From a virus (taxonomy: Duplodnaviria > Caudoviricetes): a DNA stretch of 39,658 bases. Below are positions 8,193 to 18,043 of this stretch, piece after piece (the stretch's first letter is position 1; every line of letters begins with the position of its first letter). The position numbers and the translations under genes were made by a program. Location: positions 1 through 39,658 of IMG/VR virus record IMGVR_UViG_3300016472_000577; one strand, given 5' to 3'. The notes below the pieces were generated by a model. That model worked only from the letters and a program-made list of their open reading frames with translations, was not told the DNA's origin and searched no databases.

Positions 8193-8371
8193 TCAACACC
8201 GAGCGCAGGTTCTTGTACGACCTCGCCGAGAAGTTGGGTCGCACGGTGCACGAACTGCTGTATGGGAGCGGCGGGCATGCCCCCATTTCGTCGGCGGAAA
8301 TCGTGGAGTGGGCGGCTTATTACAGGTTGAAGGCGCACGAAGCGGAGAAAGCCTCCAGACGACGCCGTTAG
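8183..8371 (+). CDS. Frameshift extension of the tail chaperone (gpGT-like C-terminus)
   Basis: -1 frame reads RLLVNTERRFLYDLAEKLGRTVHELL...SSAEIVEWAAYYRL, a typical gpT pattern; no start codon of its own. Confidence 0.82.
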   Translation, partial: RLLVNTERRFLYDLAEKLGRTVHELLYGSGGHAPISSAEIVEWAAYYRLKAHEAEKASRRRR

Positions 8372-8380
8372 AAGGTCGCC

Positions 8381-11300
8381 GTGGCTGACGAAGAACTTGA
8401 AGTAAGGGCGAAAGTTGTCGCCGATGTAGGCGATTTCGTTGACCCGATGCAGTCGGCGACGGCGTCGCTGCAACACTTCCAAAAGGCGTTGGCGCCCAGC
8501 ACCAAAGCATTGACGCTGCTCGGCGCCTCGGCAGGCATCGCAGGTTATGCGATTGTCCGATACGGCAAAGAAGCGTTCGGTGTCGCAGCCAAAGTGTCGG
8601 AGTTGAAGGTCGCCATTGACGCGGTCGGCAAGTCAACGGGCTTGGGTGCTGCGGCAATCAACAATGCCGCCAAGGCGATTCGCAAAAACGGCATTGAGAT
8701 GGATGCGGCGCAAAACATCGCGTTGAAGTTCGCCCAAAACAATCTTGACTTGTCCAAGGCGGCGGATGTTGCCCGCGTCGCGCAGGACTTGGCGGTCATC
8801 AGCCAGAAAAACTCCACCGAAACCGCCGAACTGTTGACCCGAGCAATCCAGACGGGGTCGTCAATCTTGTTGAAATCCGCGGGCATTTCGCGTTATGCCT
8901 CGGAAGGGTACGCCAAATACGCCAAGACCCTCGGCAAGAACGCGACACAACTAACGGCGACCGAACGCCAGCAGGCGACCATCAACCTCATCATGGAGGA
9001 AGGCACCCGAGTCGCGGGTCTCTACGAAGCGGCGATGACCGAACCCGGCAAGGTGCTGCGTTCGTTCAAGCGCATCCAAAACGACATTCAGTTGGAAATG
9101 GGCAATGTGCTGCTCAAGGGTTTCGGACCGATGATAAAAGCCGCCTACGACCTGACCAAATCTTTCTCGGAAAGCCTCCGCGAGGGCGGTGCGTTCAGAA
9201 CCATCCTGCAAGGAATGGGAATCGCGTTCAAGGATTTGTTGCAACCGATGACGGACCTGCTTTTGCGGGGGCATCGGTTCTTCAAGGATTTGCAGTTCGG
9301 CAAACAATCGGCTGACCAGATTGCCGATTCTTTCAAGAAGTTCCTCCCCATCGTCACCTCCGTGGGGGCGGCGTTGGCGGCGTTGGGCGGGAAACGATTG
9401 TTGGGGGGTTTGCCGCTGGTCGGCGGATTGTTCAAGTCGCTCAACCCGTTCCTGACGGGTTTGATGCTGCTCGCTGCTCTTTCACCCAAGTTGCGGGACT
9501 CAATGACGGACATTGCGGCGTCGTTGAAACCGATGATTCCAGCGGTCATCGCGCTGAGCAAAGCGTTCGCTGACACGCTCGCGCAGGTCGTTGACTTGGC
9601 GACAGGGATGCTTGATGCGTTTGGTCCCGTGCTCACCACGACGCTCGGCGGGGTGGCGTCGGCGTTGAAGATGGTCGCGGGTTCGCTCCTCTATCTGAAG
9701 CCCGTGCTGATGATGGTCGGCTTGTTGCTGCTCAAGAACTTCGTCGTCGGTGCCATCATGGCGAACACACGAATCAAATCGCTCATTGTGAGTTTCAAGG
9801 CGATGAGTGTCGCGGTCAAAACGGCTATCGCGGAGCAGAAAGCGTACAGTTTGACCGCCTCGCAGGGCGCCGCCGCAATCACCTCGTTTAGGGCGGCGTT
9901 GTACGCCTTGAAGGCTGGGTTCGTCGCTCTTCGCGCCGCCGCGGTCAGTTTGATTGCCAGCATGCTTCCGCTCATCGCCATCTATGCGGGCATCCAAATC
10001 TTCATGGCGTGGCGCAAGGAGCAGCAGGCGACCGAGGAACGCACGAGAGAACTGACCCAAGCCGTCAAAGACCAGTTGTATGCGATGAAGGGCGATGTGA
10101 AGGTCATCAACGAGTTCGTGCAGGGTCAACGCGACTTGGCGACGGTGTTGACCTCTGGCTCGGATTCCGCCAACGAACTCGGACAGGCGTTGCAGGTCAT
10201 TGGTGCTGACGCGCACGACGCTTTCGCCGCGTTTGACGGCGGCGCAGAATCCATCTCCGATTTCAACATGCGAATGGTCAAACTGTCTGGCATCAAGTTT
10301 GACAGCGACGAGTTGAGCGCCCTGTTGACGGTCGTAGAAAACACGGGCGGATGGGCTTTGTCCGACGATTTGGTTGAACGGTTCGGCGGGCTGAATGCCC
10401 GACAAAAAGAGTTCGCGGACAATCTGAAGCGCGTCAACGACGCCATGAAGACAACCGACACCGCCGCTTATGTGAAGCAGAACATTGAGTATCTGGCTGG
10501 CATTGACAAGTTGGGCAAGAAGGCTTACGACTATGCGATGGCGGAAGTGTTCAAGAACGAGGCGGTTGAGGGCGGCATTGACACCTACAAAGAGGCAATC
10601 ATCCTGCAAGAGTTGTTCGCGGACAAGTACGCGAAGTTGGCGGCAAAAGCACGGGCGGCAAAAGCGGAAACCGACAAGGTCACCAAAGCGGTTGACGCAC
10701 AAAAAATCTCCGTCTTTACGCTGATAAACCGTTTGGACGGTCTGCGTGACGCCACCGACGACAACATCGTCAAGGCGCAGGCATTCGCGGAGGCGTTCTA
10801 CGGACAAAAAGCCAAACAAAACGAAACTTTGGCGAAGTTCCAGCAGATTCGTGAGCAGACGACCGAGTTGGCTTCGTCGCTTGAGTCAACGAAAGACAAC
10901 ACCGACCTTTTCGCCAAGGCGGGAATGAGCCTGTTCAACCAGTTGACGGAGAACTCAGCCGCCATCCTCACGCTCGGCGGGAACACCGCGGATGTGGTGA
11001 ACTACCAGAAGTCGGCGATTGAACAGTTCTACAAAGCCGCGGACGCCGCAGGATGGCAGAAACAGCAGACGGACGCCCTGCTGTACTCGCTCGGCATCCT
11101 GCAAGGGTTGGACAAACTCACGGTCCAGATTGACATAGACATTGAAAACTTCAAGAACAAGATTCTGGTCGCGTCAAAGGCGTTGGCGTTGCTCCAACAG
11201 GGAATCGGCGGCGACGCGGAGGATGCCCGCAAGGCGCAAAGTTTCATCTCGCGGATGGAGCAAATGGTCAAGCAGTTGGAGGGCACACGCAAGGGCGCGA

Positions 11301-13237
11301 TTTCTGGCGCCAACAGTTTTGACAAGTTCAACAAATCCACGGACAAAGCCTCAAAAGCGGCGTCGGAGTTGGAGAAGAAGAAGGAGAAACTGCGCCGCAA
11401 AATCATGGAGGTCGCCGAGAAGGCGTTGGCGAAAGCAACGGAGCGGATGGAGGAGTATGCCGATGCGATGAAGGGCATGACCGACGCCGCCAAAACCGCA
11501 ATCTACGGTTCGTATTCGTTGACGGACGCTTTGGGGGCGGCGGAAGCAGCGGCGGAGAAGGCGAACGAGCCGATTCGCCAGATGAAGCAGGACATGGCGG
11601 ACTATGCGAAGGGTGTCGCCGACAGCCTCAAGGGCACCTTGTCGTTCAGCAACGCCTTGTCTGGCTATGAGCAGACGCAGGATGCAATCGCGAAAGCCAA
11701 TGAGGATGTGGCGGCGGCGCAGGCGAAGGTCAACGAAGAGCAGGCGTTGTTTGATGAACTCATCAAGAAAGCGGAGACGACCGCGGGGCGTAAGGCGCGT
11801 CGGGAAGCCTATGAGGAAGCCGCAAAGCAACTTGAGAAGGTGACCGAGGCGCAACGCGATTTGGGTGATGCGACCGCGAAAGCCAACGAGGCGCAGAAAC
11901 AACAGAAGTCAATGTTGGACCGACTGAGGGAGCAATACAAAAATGCCATCAACTTTTCGTCACAGTTGCAGGAGTTGGTTGCTAAAGGTTTGGGTCGCGA
12001 AGGGGTGGACCAGTTGTTGGCGATGGGGGCGGAGACGGGCGGCAAGTTCGCGACCGAGTTGTTGTCTGGTTCTGCCGATGCGATTCCCGAAGTGAACAAA
12101 ATGTTCCAAGAACTCGGCAAGGAAAGCGAGAAGGCGGGTCAGGTCCTCGGCAAGGCGTACTTCAAGATTGGTGACGAGGTCGCCATTGACTTCTTCGCGG
12201 CGTTGGCACAGCAGGCGCACAAGGCGTCCCAGTTCGCGGAGACCGTAAAGAGGTTGGTGGCGATGGGGTTGTCGCCGAACAACATTCGCATGGTGTTGGA
12301 AGCGGGCGTTGAAGCGGGCAGCAAGATTGCGGCGGCGATTGAACTCGGTGGCGCGGACACCATCAGACAGATGAACCAGTTTGAGGAGTCGTTGCGCGGT
12401 CAGGCGGAGAATCTCGGCACCTACCTGAACGATACTTTCTACAAGTCTGGCTACGAGTTGGCGAAACAAATCGTCAAAGGTATCAAAGACAAGATTGAGT
12501 TGCTTGAGGAAGAAATCGCCGATGCGACTCTTGAAGAGTTGCAGAAGATTTTTGAGCGAGTCAAAGGCGAGTTTGACGCGATGATTGCGGGTTTGCCGAT
12601 TCCAGTCAAGAATGTCGTCAACCCGAATCCGCCCGCCGACAGCCCCAAACCCGACAGCAGCACACCCGACAGCCCCAAACCCGACAGCCCCAAACCCGAC
12701 AGCCCCAAACCCGACAGCCCCAAACCCGATGCTGGTGCCACGCCAGTCACGATGCCTGTTCAGTTGCCTGTCAGCCCCGTTTTCACCCCTGCCGAGGTCG
12801 CGGTCGCGGTCAAGAATCTTGAGGCGGCGGGCATGAACGCGGCAACGGTCACGAAAATCATTGAGCAAAACATCGGCAATCCGCTGGTCGCTGGCGGCAT
12901 CCCCGATTACATGCGCGTCATTCAGGAACAGACCGCCAAGGCTGCCACCGTTATTGCGGGCGGTGGCGGCGGCGGCGTCGGGGGCAGTTTGTATGAGGCG
13001 GTGATGATGGCAAAAGGCGGAATCGTGACGGGTCCGACGCTCGGAGTGGTCGGCGAAGCAGGACCCGAGGCAGTCATCCCGTTGAGCCGTCTCGGAAAGA
13101 TGGGCGAATCCACGGTCATCAACCTGACGGTCAACGCAGGAATGGGTGCAGATGGACGCAGCATCGGCGATGCGATTGTCAACGAACTCAAACGATGGTC
13201 TCGTAAGAATGGCGCCGTTCCAGTACAAACCGTATGA
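8381..13237 (+). CDS. Tape measure protein
   Basis: 1618 aa, Ala-rich and helical, central hydrophobic segments, C-terminal MAKGGIVTGPTLGVVGEAGPEAVIPL motif. Confidence 0.93.
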   Translation: MADEELEVRAKVVADVGDFVDPMQSATASLQHFQKALAPSTKALTLLGASAGIAGYAIVRYGKEAFGVAAKVSELKVAIDAVGKSTGLGAAAINNAAKAIRKNGIEMDAAQNIALKFAQNNLDLSKAADVARVAQDLAVISQKNSTETAELLTRAIQTGSSILLKSAGISRYASEGYAKYAKTLGKNATQLTATERQQATINLIMEEGTRVAGLYEAAMTEPGKVLRSFKRIQNDIQLEMGNVLLKGFGPMIKAAYDLTKSFSESLREGGAFRTILQGMGIAFKDLLQPMTDLLLRGHRFFKDLQFGKQSADQIADSFKKFLPIVTSVGAALAALGGKRLLGGLPLVGGLFKSLNPFLTGLMLLAALSPKLRDSMTDIAASLKPMIPAVIALSKAFADTLAQVVDLATGMLDAFGPVLTTTLGGVASALKMVAGSLLYLKPVLMMVGLLLLKNFVVGAIMANTRIKSLIVSFKAMSVAVKTAIAEQKAYSLTASQGAAAITSFRAALYALKAGFVALRAAAVSLIASMLPLIAIYAGIQIFMAWRKEQQATEERTRELTQAVKDQLYAMKGDVKVINEFVQGQRDLATVLTSGSDSANELGQALQVIGADAHDAFAAFDGGAESISDFNMRMVKLSGIKFDSDELSALLTVVENTGGWALSDDLVERFGGLNARQKEFADNLKRVNDAMKTTDTAAYVKQNIEYLAGIDKLGKKAYDYAMAEVFKNEAVEGGIDTYKEAIILQELFADKYAKLAAKARAAKAETDKVTKAVDAQKISVFTLINRLDGLRDATDDNIVKAQAFAEAFYGQKAKQNETLAKFQQIREQTTELASSLESTKDNTDLFAKAGMSLFNQLTENSAAILTLGGNTADVVNYQKSAIEQFYKAADAAGWQKQQTDALLYSLGILQGLDKLTVQIDIDIENFKNKILVASKALALLQQGIGGDAEDARKAQSFISRMEQMVKQLEGTRKGAISGANSFDKFNKSTDKASKAASELEKKKEKLRRKIMEVAEKALAKATERMEEYADAMKGMTDAAKTAIYGSYSLTDALGAAEAAAEKANEPIRQMKQDMADYAKGVADSLKGTLSFSNALSGYEQTQDAIAKANEDVAAAQAKVNEEQALFDELIKKAETTAGRKARREAYEEAAKQLEKVTEAQRDLGDATAKANEAQKQQKSMLDRLREQYKNAINFSSQLQELVAKGLGREGVDQLLAMGAETGGKFATELLSGSADAIPEVNKMFQELGKESEKAGQVLGKAYFKIGDEVAIDFFAALAQQAHKASQFAETVKRLVAMGLSPNNIRMVLEAGVEAGSKIAAAIELGGADTIRQMNQFEESLRGQAENLGTYLNDTFYKSGYELAKQIVKGIKDKIELLEEEIADATLEELQKIFERVKGEFDAMIAGLPIPVKNVVNPNPPADSPKPDSSTPDSPKPDSPKPDSPKPDSPKPDAGATPVTMPVQLPVSPVFTPAEVAVAVKNLEAAGMNAATVTKIIEQNIGNPLVAGGIPDYMRVIQEQTAKAATVIAGGGGGGVGGSLYEAVMMAKGGIVTGPTLGVVGEAGPEAVIPLSRLGKMGESTVINLTVNAGMGADGRSIGDAIVNELKRWSRKNGAVPVQTV
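12636..12725 (+). repeat. Six tandem 15-bp units (CCGACAGCCCCAAAC) encoding PDSPK repeats
   Basis: Five identical units and one variant (CCGACAGCAGCACAC). Confidence 0.92.
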
Positions 13238-14511
13238 GCAGGACGATGCCGTGGGGCGGCACCTACAAAGTGACCGCCGACATTGGGTTCAACGCAGGAT
13301 TTGAGTTGGACAACACCGAGGGATACGGCACCCTTGACGACCCGCTTTGTTCGCTGTATGCGGACGGTGTCGGTGTGGACATTACGGAGGATGTTCAGGA
13401 AATAACCATCAACCGCGGTCGCCAAACCCAGTTGGATGAGTTTTCGGCGGGGACATGCACAATCACGCTCTACGACCAGACTCGGAAATACGACCCTGTC
13501 AACACCCTGTCGCCGTACTACAACACGGTCACTGGCACATCTGGTGTGACGATTCGGCGGACCATCAAAGTGTTCTACGGCGCCACGCAAATCTTCACGG
13601 GTCGCATCACCGACCTTGATGTGGAGTTCCAGCCCACCTCCACCCCCATTTCGCGGTCAACGGTCACGATTGAAGCAGCAGACGACTTCGTGCTGCTGGC
13701 GAACGCCCGCATTGAGGAGTTCAACCCGACCGCGCAACTGGGCGGCGCCCGAATCACGACACTGTTGGCGTTGCCAGAAATCAACTACACGGATGCGACC
13801 GTTTTGGATGCGGGAACCATCCTCCTTGACACCGAGACAATCCCCGACCAGACGGTCTTGTTGGACTACATGCAAGACATAGCGGCGACCGAGCAGGGGT
13901 TTCTGTTTATGAAGGGCGACGGCACGCTTCGGTTTTCCAACCGTATCGGCAACCTGTTCACCACCTCGCCGTTCTTCTTCTCGGATGACGGCACGGGTGA
14001 TGCCGACTACGAGACGCTGTCGGTGATGTACGGTCAGGAGCAGTTGTACAACCGTGTCGTGTGCACGCCGATTGACTCAACCAATCCGGGGATTGCGGAT
14101 GATGCGACCAGCCAAGCCGCCTACGGGGTTTCGGTGTTGCATTTGGATGGTTTGCTGTGCTCGGACGGAGACGCCCAAATCATGGCGGACTACTTGTTGC
14201 CGCTGTACAAGGACCCGCAGTACAGGTTTGATGCGGTTTCGTTGACCTTTGCGGGCGCCAAGGTTTCTCTTGCTGTTCAACAACAAGTCATGTCACTTGA
14301 CCTCGGTTCAGTAATCAAGGTCAAAAAGTCTTTTGCGGTCGGCACCCCCTCCACCATCACCCAAACCCTGTCGGTGGAAGGAATCAGCCATGCGATTACT
14401 CCGACCGCCCACAACATCTCGTTCCGCACCGCCGTCCGCAACATCGTCTACTATTTCACGCTAGACAACGCCACTTTAGGCGTTCTGGACTCGGACAATG
14501 CAGTATCGTAA
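13234..14511 (+). CDS. Minor tail/baseplate hub protein
   Basis: Follows the tape measure; ITINRGR...AGTCTITL...IFTG pattern; ATGA overlap. Confidence 0.78.
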   Translation: MSRTMPWGGTYKVTADIGFNAGFELDNTEGYGTLDDPLCSLYADGVGVDITEDVQEITINRGRQTQLDEFSAGTCTITLYDQTRKYDPVNTLSPYYNTVTGTSGVTIRRTIKVFYGATQIFTGRITDLDVEFQPTSTPISRSTVTIEAADDFVLLANARIEEFNPTAQLGGARITTLLALPEINYTDATVLDAGTILLDTETIPDQTVLLDYMQDIAATEQGFLFMKGDGTLRFSNRIGNLFTTSPFFFSDDGTGDADYETLSVMYGQEQLYNRVVCTPIDSTNPGIADDATSQAAYGVSVLHLDGLLCSDGDAQIMADYLLPLYKDPQYRFDAVSLTFAGAKVSLAVQQQVMSLDLGSVIKVKKSFAVGTPSTITQTLSVEGISHAITPTAHNISFRTAVRNIVYYFTLDNATLGVLDSDNAVS

Positions 14512-14539
14512 GGCGACCATGACCGAAAGCGGGAACTAA

Positions 14540-15043
14540 GTGGCTGGCGCAGGAGCATACCTTTGGGAAGCGGGTGATGTTGTCACCGCCGCCAACCTCC
14601 AACAGTATGTCCAAGACCAAGTGGTTGCGGTCTATGCGGATTCAGCCGCTCGCGATGCCGCTTACGGCGGCGCTGGCGAACCGACGCTTGCCGAGGGCAT
14701 GTTTTGCTTCCTGAAGAACTCGGACACGCTTCAGTATTATGACGGGAGTTCATGGATAAACATGGTTGTGCCTGTCACCTTCAATGCGAAGGGTGATTTG
14801 CTCACCGCCACTGCCGACAACACGCCTTCAATCCTGTCGGTGGGTGCCAACGGTTATGTTCTCACCGCCAACAGTGCCGTGGCGAACGGTATTGAATGGG
14901 CTGTTGCGGCGACTGGTTTGCCTTCTCAGACTGGCAACAACGGAAAGTTTTTGACAACGGATGGTTCCAGTGCTTCGTGGGCTACCGTTTCTACCGCTGG
15001 TGACAGCGACCAAATCGCACTCGCAGTCCAAGTTTTCAGTTAG
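14540..15043 (+). CDS. Minor tail/fibre attachment protein
   Basis: AGDVVTAANLQQY, AKGDLL and GNNGKFLTTDGS fibre-type motifs. Confidence 0.72.
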   Translation: MAGAGAYLWEAGDVVTAANLQQYVQDQVVAVYADSAARDAAYGGAGEPTLAEGMFCFLKNSDTLQYYDGSSWINMVVPVTFNAKGDLLTATADNTPSILSVGANGYVLTANSAVANGIEWAVAATGLPSQTGNNGKFLTTDGSSASWATVSTAGDSDQIALAVQVFS

Positions 15044-15053
15044 GAGACAGTAA

Positions 15054-15416
15054 ATGGCGACATTCACCAAGAAGATTTTGAGCGGTTCTACCGATGGCAG
15101 GGCTATCAAGGTTGTGGCGACCAGCGGCACAGGCACGACCATCCACACTGGTTCTACCACGGCTACGACGATTGACGAGATTTGGTTGTATGCGGTGAAC
15201 AGTTCTGCGTCGTCGGTGAAACTGACGGTGCAGTGGGGCGGTACTAGCGACCCCGATGATTTGATTGAACTGACCGTTCTTGCCGAGGCTGGCTTGGTGA
15301 CGGTTGCCCCAGGTCTCTTGTTGAAAGGTAATGCGACTGCGCTGGTGGTTCGTGCTTTTGCGGCTACGGCGAATGTGATTACGATTCACGGTTTCGTGAA
15401 TCAGATTACGGTGTAG
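15054..15416 (+). CDS. Virion structural protein (tail tip-associated)
   Basis: AGGAG RBS; beta-rich; lies within the tail-fibre module. Confidence 0.65.
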   Translation: MATFTKKILSGSTDGRAIKVVATSGTGTTIHTGSTTATTIDEIWLYAVNSSASSVKLTVQWGGTSDPDDLIELTVLAEAGLVTVAPGLLLKGNATALVVRAFAATANVITIHGFVNQITV

Positions 15417-15419
15417 TTG

Positions 15420-16292
15420 ATGGCTACGGCTCGTCGCCAACTTGGGTATGTGTCGTCGCTGACGACGCAGTATGCGACGACCCAAATGACGCTGAGTGTT
15501 GAGTATCTGCTCGTCGGTGGCGGCGGCGGTGGTGGGCGTGGGGCGAGTACCACTACCGCAGGCGGTGGTGGTGCTGGTGGACTTCGCACAGCGACCGACA
15601 TAATCGCCAAAGGCAACACATACACGGTGACGGTTGGTGCTGGTGGTGCTGGTGCGAACTCAACTTATTCGCCTGGTCGCAATGGAACGCTTAGTGCGTT
15701 TATCCGAAGTGCGAACGGTGGTGGCGGTGGTGGTGGCTACGCTGGTCCGTCTTACGGCTTGAATGGTGGCTCTGGTGGTGGCGGCACATCTAACGGCGGT
15801 GCTGGGGGTTCAGGTGTTAGCGGTGAAGGTAATGCTGGCGGCGCAGGGCAGGCTGGCATAAACGACAACGCTGGTGGTGGTGGCGGTGCTGGTGGTGCTG
15901 GCGGCAACGGTGGCGTGATTTCATCAACGACTGGTGGTGCTGGCGGTGCGGCAAGCACGAACAACTACACAGGCTCAACGATTTCGTATTCGGGCGGTGG
16001 CGGCGGTGCTGGCATTGCGACGGGTGGTGCGGCTGGCACGAACGCAGGTAATGGCGGTTCTGGCGGCGTTGGTGCTGATGCAACCGCTAATCGTGGTGGT
16101 GGTGGTGGTGGTGGTGCGAACACAGCGAATGGCGGCAACGGCGGCTCAGGCATCGTCGTTATCAGATACCTGACTGCGAACGCATCTGGTCTGACGGTGA
16201 GCGCAAGCGGCGCAACATCAGCGACACCGACTGCTGACGGTTCGTATTCGTACTTCATCTTCAACGGCTCAGGCAGTCTGACGGTGGCGTGA
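15420..16292 (+). CDS. Glycine-rich tail fibre/receptor-binding protein 1
   Basis: VEYLLVGGGGGGG...GGSGIVVIRY glycine-rich domain. Confidence 0.78.
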   Translation: MATARRQLGYVSSLTTQYATTQMTLSVEYLLVGGGGGGGRGASTTTAGGGGAGGLRTATDIIAKGNTYTVTVGAGGAGANSTYSPGRNGTLSAFIRSANGGGGGGGYAGPSYGLNGGSGGGGTSNGGAGGSGVSGEGNAGGAGQAGINDNAGGGGGAGGAGGNGGVISSTTGGAGGAASTNNYTGSTISYSGGGGGAGIATGGAAGTNAGNGGSGGVGADATANRGGGGGGGANTANGGNGGSGIVVIRYLTANASGLTVSASGATSATPTADGSYSYFIFNGSGSLTVA

Positions 16293-16537
16293 TGGCACAC
16301 TTCGCACGCATAGAACACGGCATCGTTCGTGAAGTAATCGTCGTCGGCAACGAGCAGGCACCGACCGAGGCGGCAGGCAAAGCATTCATCGCATCCATCG
16401 GCTTGTCAGGCGAGTGGGTACAGACTTCGTACAACAACAATGCGATTGAAGGGCAAGACCGAGGCAAGTACGCAGGCATCGGTGATGTGTGGAACGGTTC
16501 GCAGTTCGTTTCGCCTGTTAGTGAGGTAGTGGAATGA
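16292..16537 (+). CDS. Small fibre-associated protein 1 (MAHFA type)
   Basis: MAHFARI...WVQTSYN...RGKYAGIGD; paralogue of 17466..17765. Confidence 0.75.
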   Translation: MAHFARIEHGIVREVIVVGNEQAPTEAAGKAFIASIGLSGEWVQTSYNNNAIEGQDRGKYAGIGDVWNGSQFVSPVSEVVE

Positions 16538-17463
16538 CCCGTTCGTATCTCGGCTATGTGTCGTCGCAGACAACGGACACGGTTCCTGTCATGGGCTACG
16601 GTGTAGCGACAGGCGGCTCTTCGTCAAGCATCACGGTCAGCGGTCAGGACTACACGCTTCTGACTTTCACAGCATCAGGTACTTTGACGGTGACGAAGGC
16701 TGGTCTGTTTGATGTGTTGCTGGTCGGTGGCGGCGCAGGCGGCGGTGGCGGTGGCGGTGACGCCGATAGGTCTATCCGAAGTGGCGGTGGCGGCGGTGCG
16801 GGTGGAATCGTGCAGTCCACGATTTATCTTGACGCCAATCAAACCGTCACCATCGGTGCTGGCGGTTCAGGCACGAATCCACCGACGAACGGCAATGCTT
16901 CCGCTATCGGTGGTTCTCGTGGTATTTCTGTCGCAGGCGGCGGTATCGGTTGCGCTCAATACAATGCGAGCAACAACGGAAACTTTGGGAAACCTGAAGT
17001 TGGTGCTAGCGGCGGTGGCGGAACTAACTCAACTAGTGCCACGAACTCTCGCACAGGTGCGGCATCTATGGCTGATGGGATTGTCGGCAAGGCTGGTGGC
17101 GACGGTGTAAGCAGCGATACGCAGGGTCAAGGTGCTGGCGGTGGCGGCGGTTTCACCGCAGTCGGCGGTAACGCAAGCACATCAACTGGCGGTGCTGGTG
17201 GCGCAGGCTACGATGTCTCAGCGTTTATTGCTGGCAGTGCGCTTTACAAGGCTGGCGGTGGTGGTGGTGGCGGCAACACGGGCGGCGCAGGCGGTTCGTC
17301 AGTCGGTGGCGCAGGCGGTTCCAATGCGGCTGGAAGTGCCGCATCAGCGAACACGGGCGGTGGCGGTGGCGGTGCTGGCTTCGGTACAGGCGCAGGTGGC
17401 ACTGGTGCTCGCAACGGTGGCGCAGGCGGCTCTGGCATCGTCTATGTAAGGTTCAAGGTCTGA
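16534..17463 (+). CDS. Glycine-rich tail fibre/receptor-binding protein 2
   Basis: FDVLLVGGGAGGG...GGSGIVYVRF; shares the LGYVSS N-terminal motif with protein 1. Confidence 0.78.
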   Translation: MTRSYLGYVSSQTTDTVPVMGYGVATGGSSSSITVSGQDYTLLTFTASGTLTVTKAGLFDVLLVGGGAGGGGGGGDADRSIRSGGGGGAGGIVQSTIYLDANQTVTIGAGGSGTNPPTNGNASAIGGSRGISVAGGGIGCAQYNASNNGNFGKPEVGASGGGGTNSTSATNSRTGAASMADGIVGKAGGDGVSSDTQGQGAGGGGGFTAVGGNASTSTGGAGGAGYDVSAFIAGSALYKAGGGGGGGNTGGAGGSSVGGAGGSNAAGSAASANTGGGGGGAGFGTGAGGTGARNGGAGGSGIVYVRFKV

Positions 17464-17465
17464 CG

Positions 17466-17765
17466 ATGGCACACTACGCACGCATAGATAGCGGTGTCGT
17501 TCGTCAGGTAATCGTCGTGAGCAACGACGACTGCGGCGGCGGCGACTTCCCTGAGAGTGAAGCCGCAGGTCAGGCGTTTATCGCATCGCTAGGTTTCGCA
17601 GGCGAATGGCGGCAAACTTCTTACAACGCCAACTTTCGCGGCAAGTACGCAGGCATAGGTGATACCTATGATGCGGTGAACGATGTATTCGTATCACCTG
17701 AAATCACGAACGGCGTGACCCCAGACTTATCAGATACACCGACAACCGACAACAGCGGAGAATAA
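17466..17765 (+). CDS. Small fibre-associated protein 2 (MAHYA type)
   Basis: MAHYARI...WRQTSYNANFRGKYAGIGDTYD. Confidence 0.75.
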   Translation: MAHYARIDSGVVRQVIVVSNDDCGGGDFPESEAAGQAFIASLGFAGEWRQTSYNANFRGKYAGIGDTYDAVNDVFVSPEITNGVTPDLSDTPTTDNSGE

Positions 17766-17767
17766 TC

Positions 17768-18037
17768 ATGCCAGCAACAGACGCATTCAGCAGATTCCAA
17801 GCGACGGTCATCTCACCGCTCACTTCGGCGGCATCAGTCACGCCGCACAACACGAACGAACTTTCGTATGTCACTCGTGCCTTGTATGTCGGTGGCGTGG
17901 GCGATGTTGCCGTCACCATGCAAGACGGAGGAAATGTCACCTTCGTCGGCGTTCCAGCAGGAACCACTCTTCCCATCCGTGTCAAAATCGTGAAGGCGAC
18001 TGGCACCGATGCGACTGACATTGTCGCGCTCTGGTAG
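17768..18037 (+). CDS. Spike base protein (RcGTA Rcc01079-like family)
   Basis: 89 aa; D.F...SP...A..VTP...L...TRALYVG..G.V.V...G..VTF..VPAG..LPIRV..V.ATGT.AT.IVALW pattern. Confidence 0.75.
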   Translation: MPATDAFSRFQATVISPLTSAASVTPHNTNELSYVTRALYVGGVGDVAVTMQDGGNVTFVGVPAGTTLPIRVKIVKATGTDATDIVALW

Positions 18038-18043
18038 GCGCTG

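Noticed and set aside
12636-12725. Tandem repeats here and at 23410-23467 as CRISPR arrays
   Set aside because: Units are contiguous with no unique spacers, lie within ORFs, and no cas genes are present.
9500-13228. Long minus-strand ORFs (9500..10819, 11960..13228, also 2673..3860 and 23365..24507)
   Set aside because: Antisense shadows of GC-rich coding genes with no motifs or RBS.
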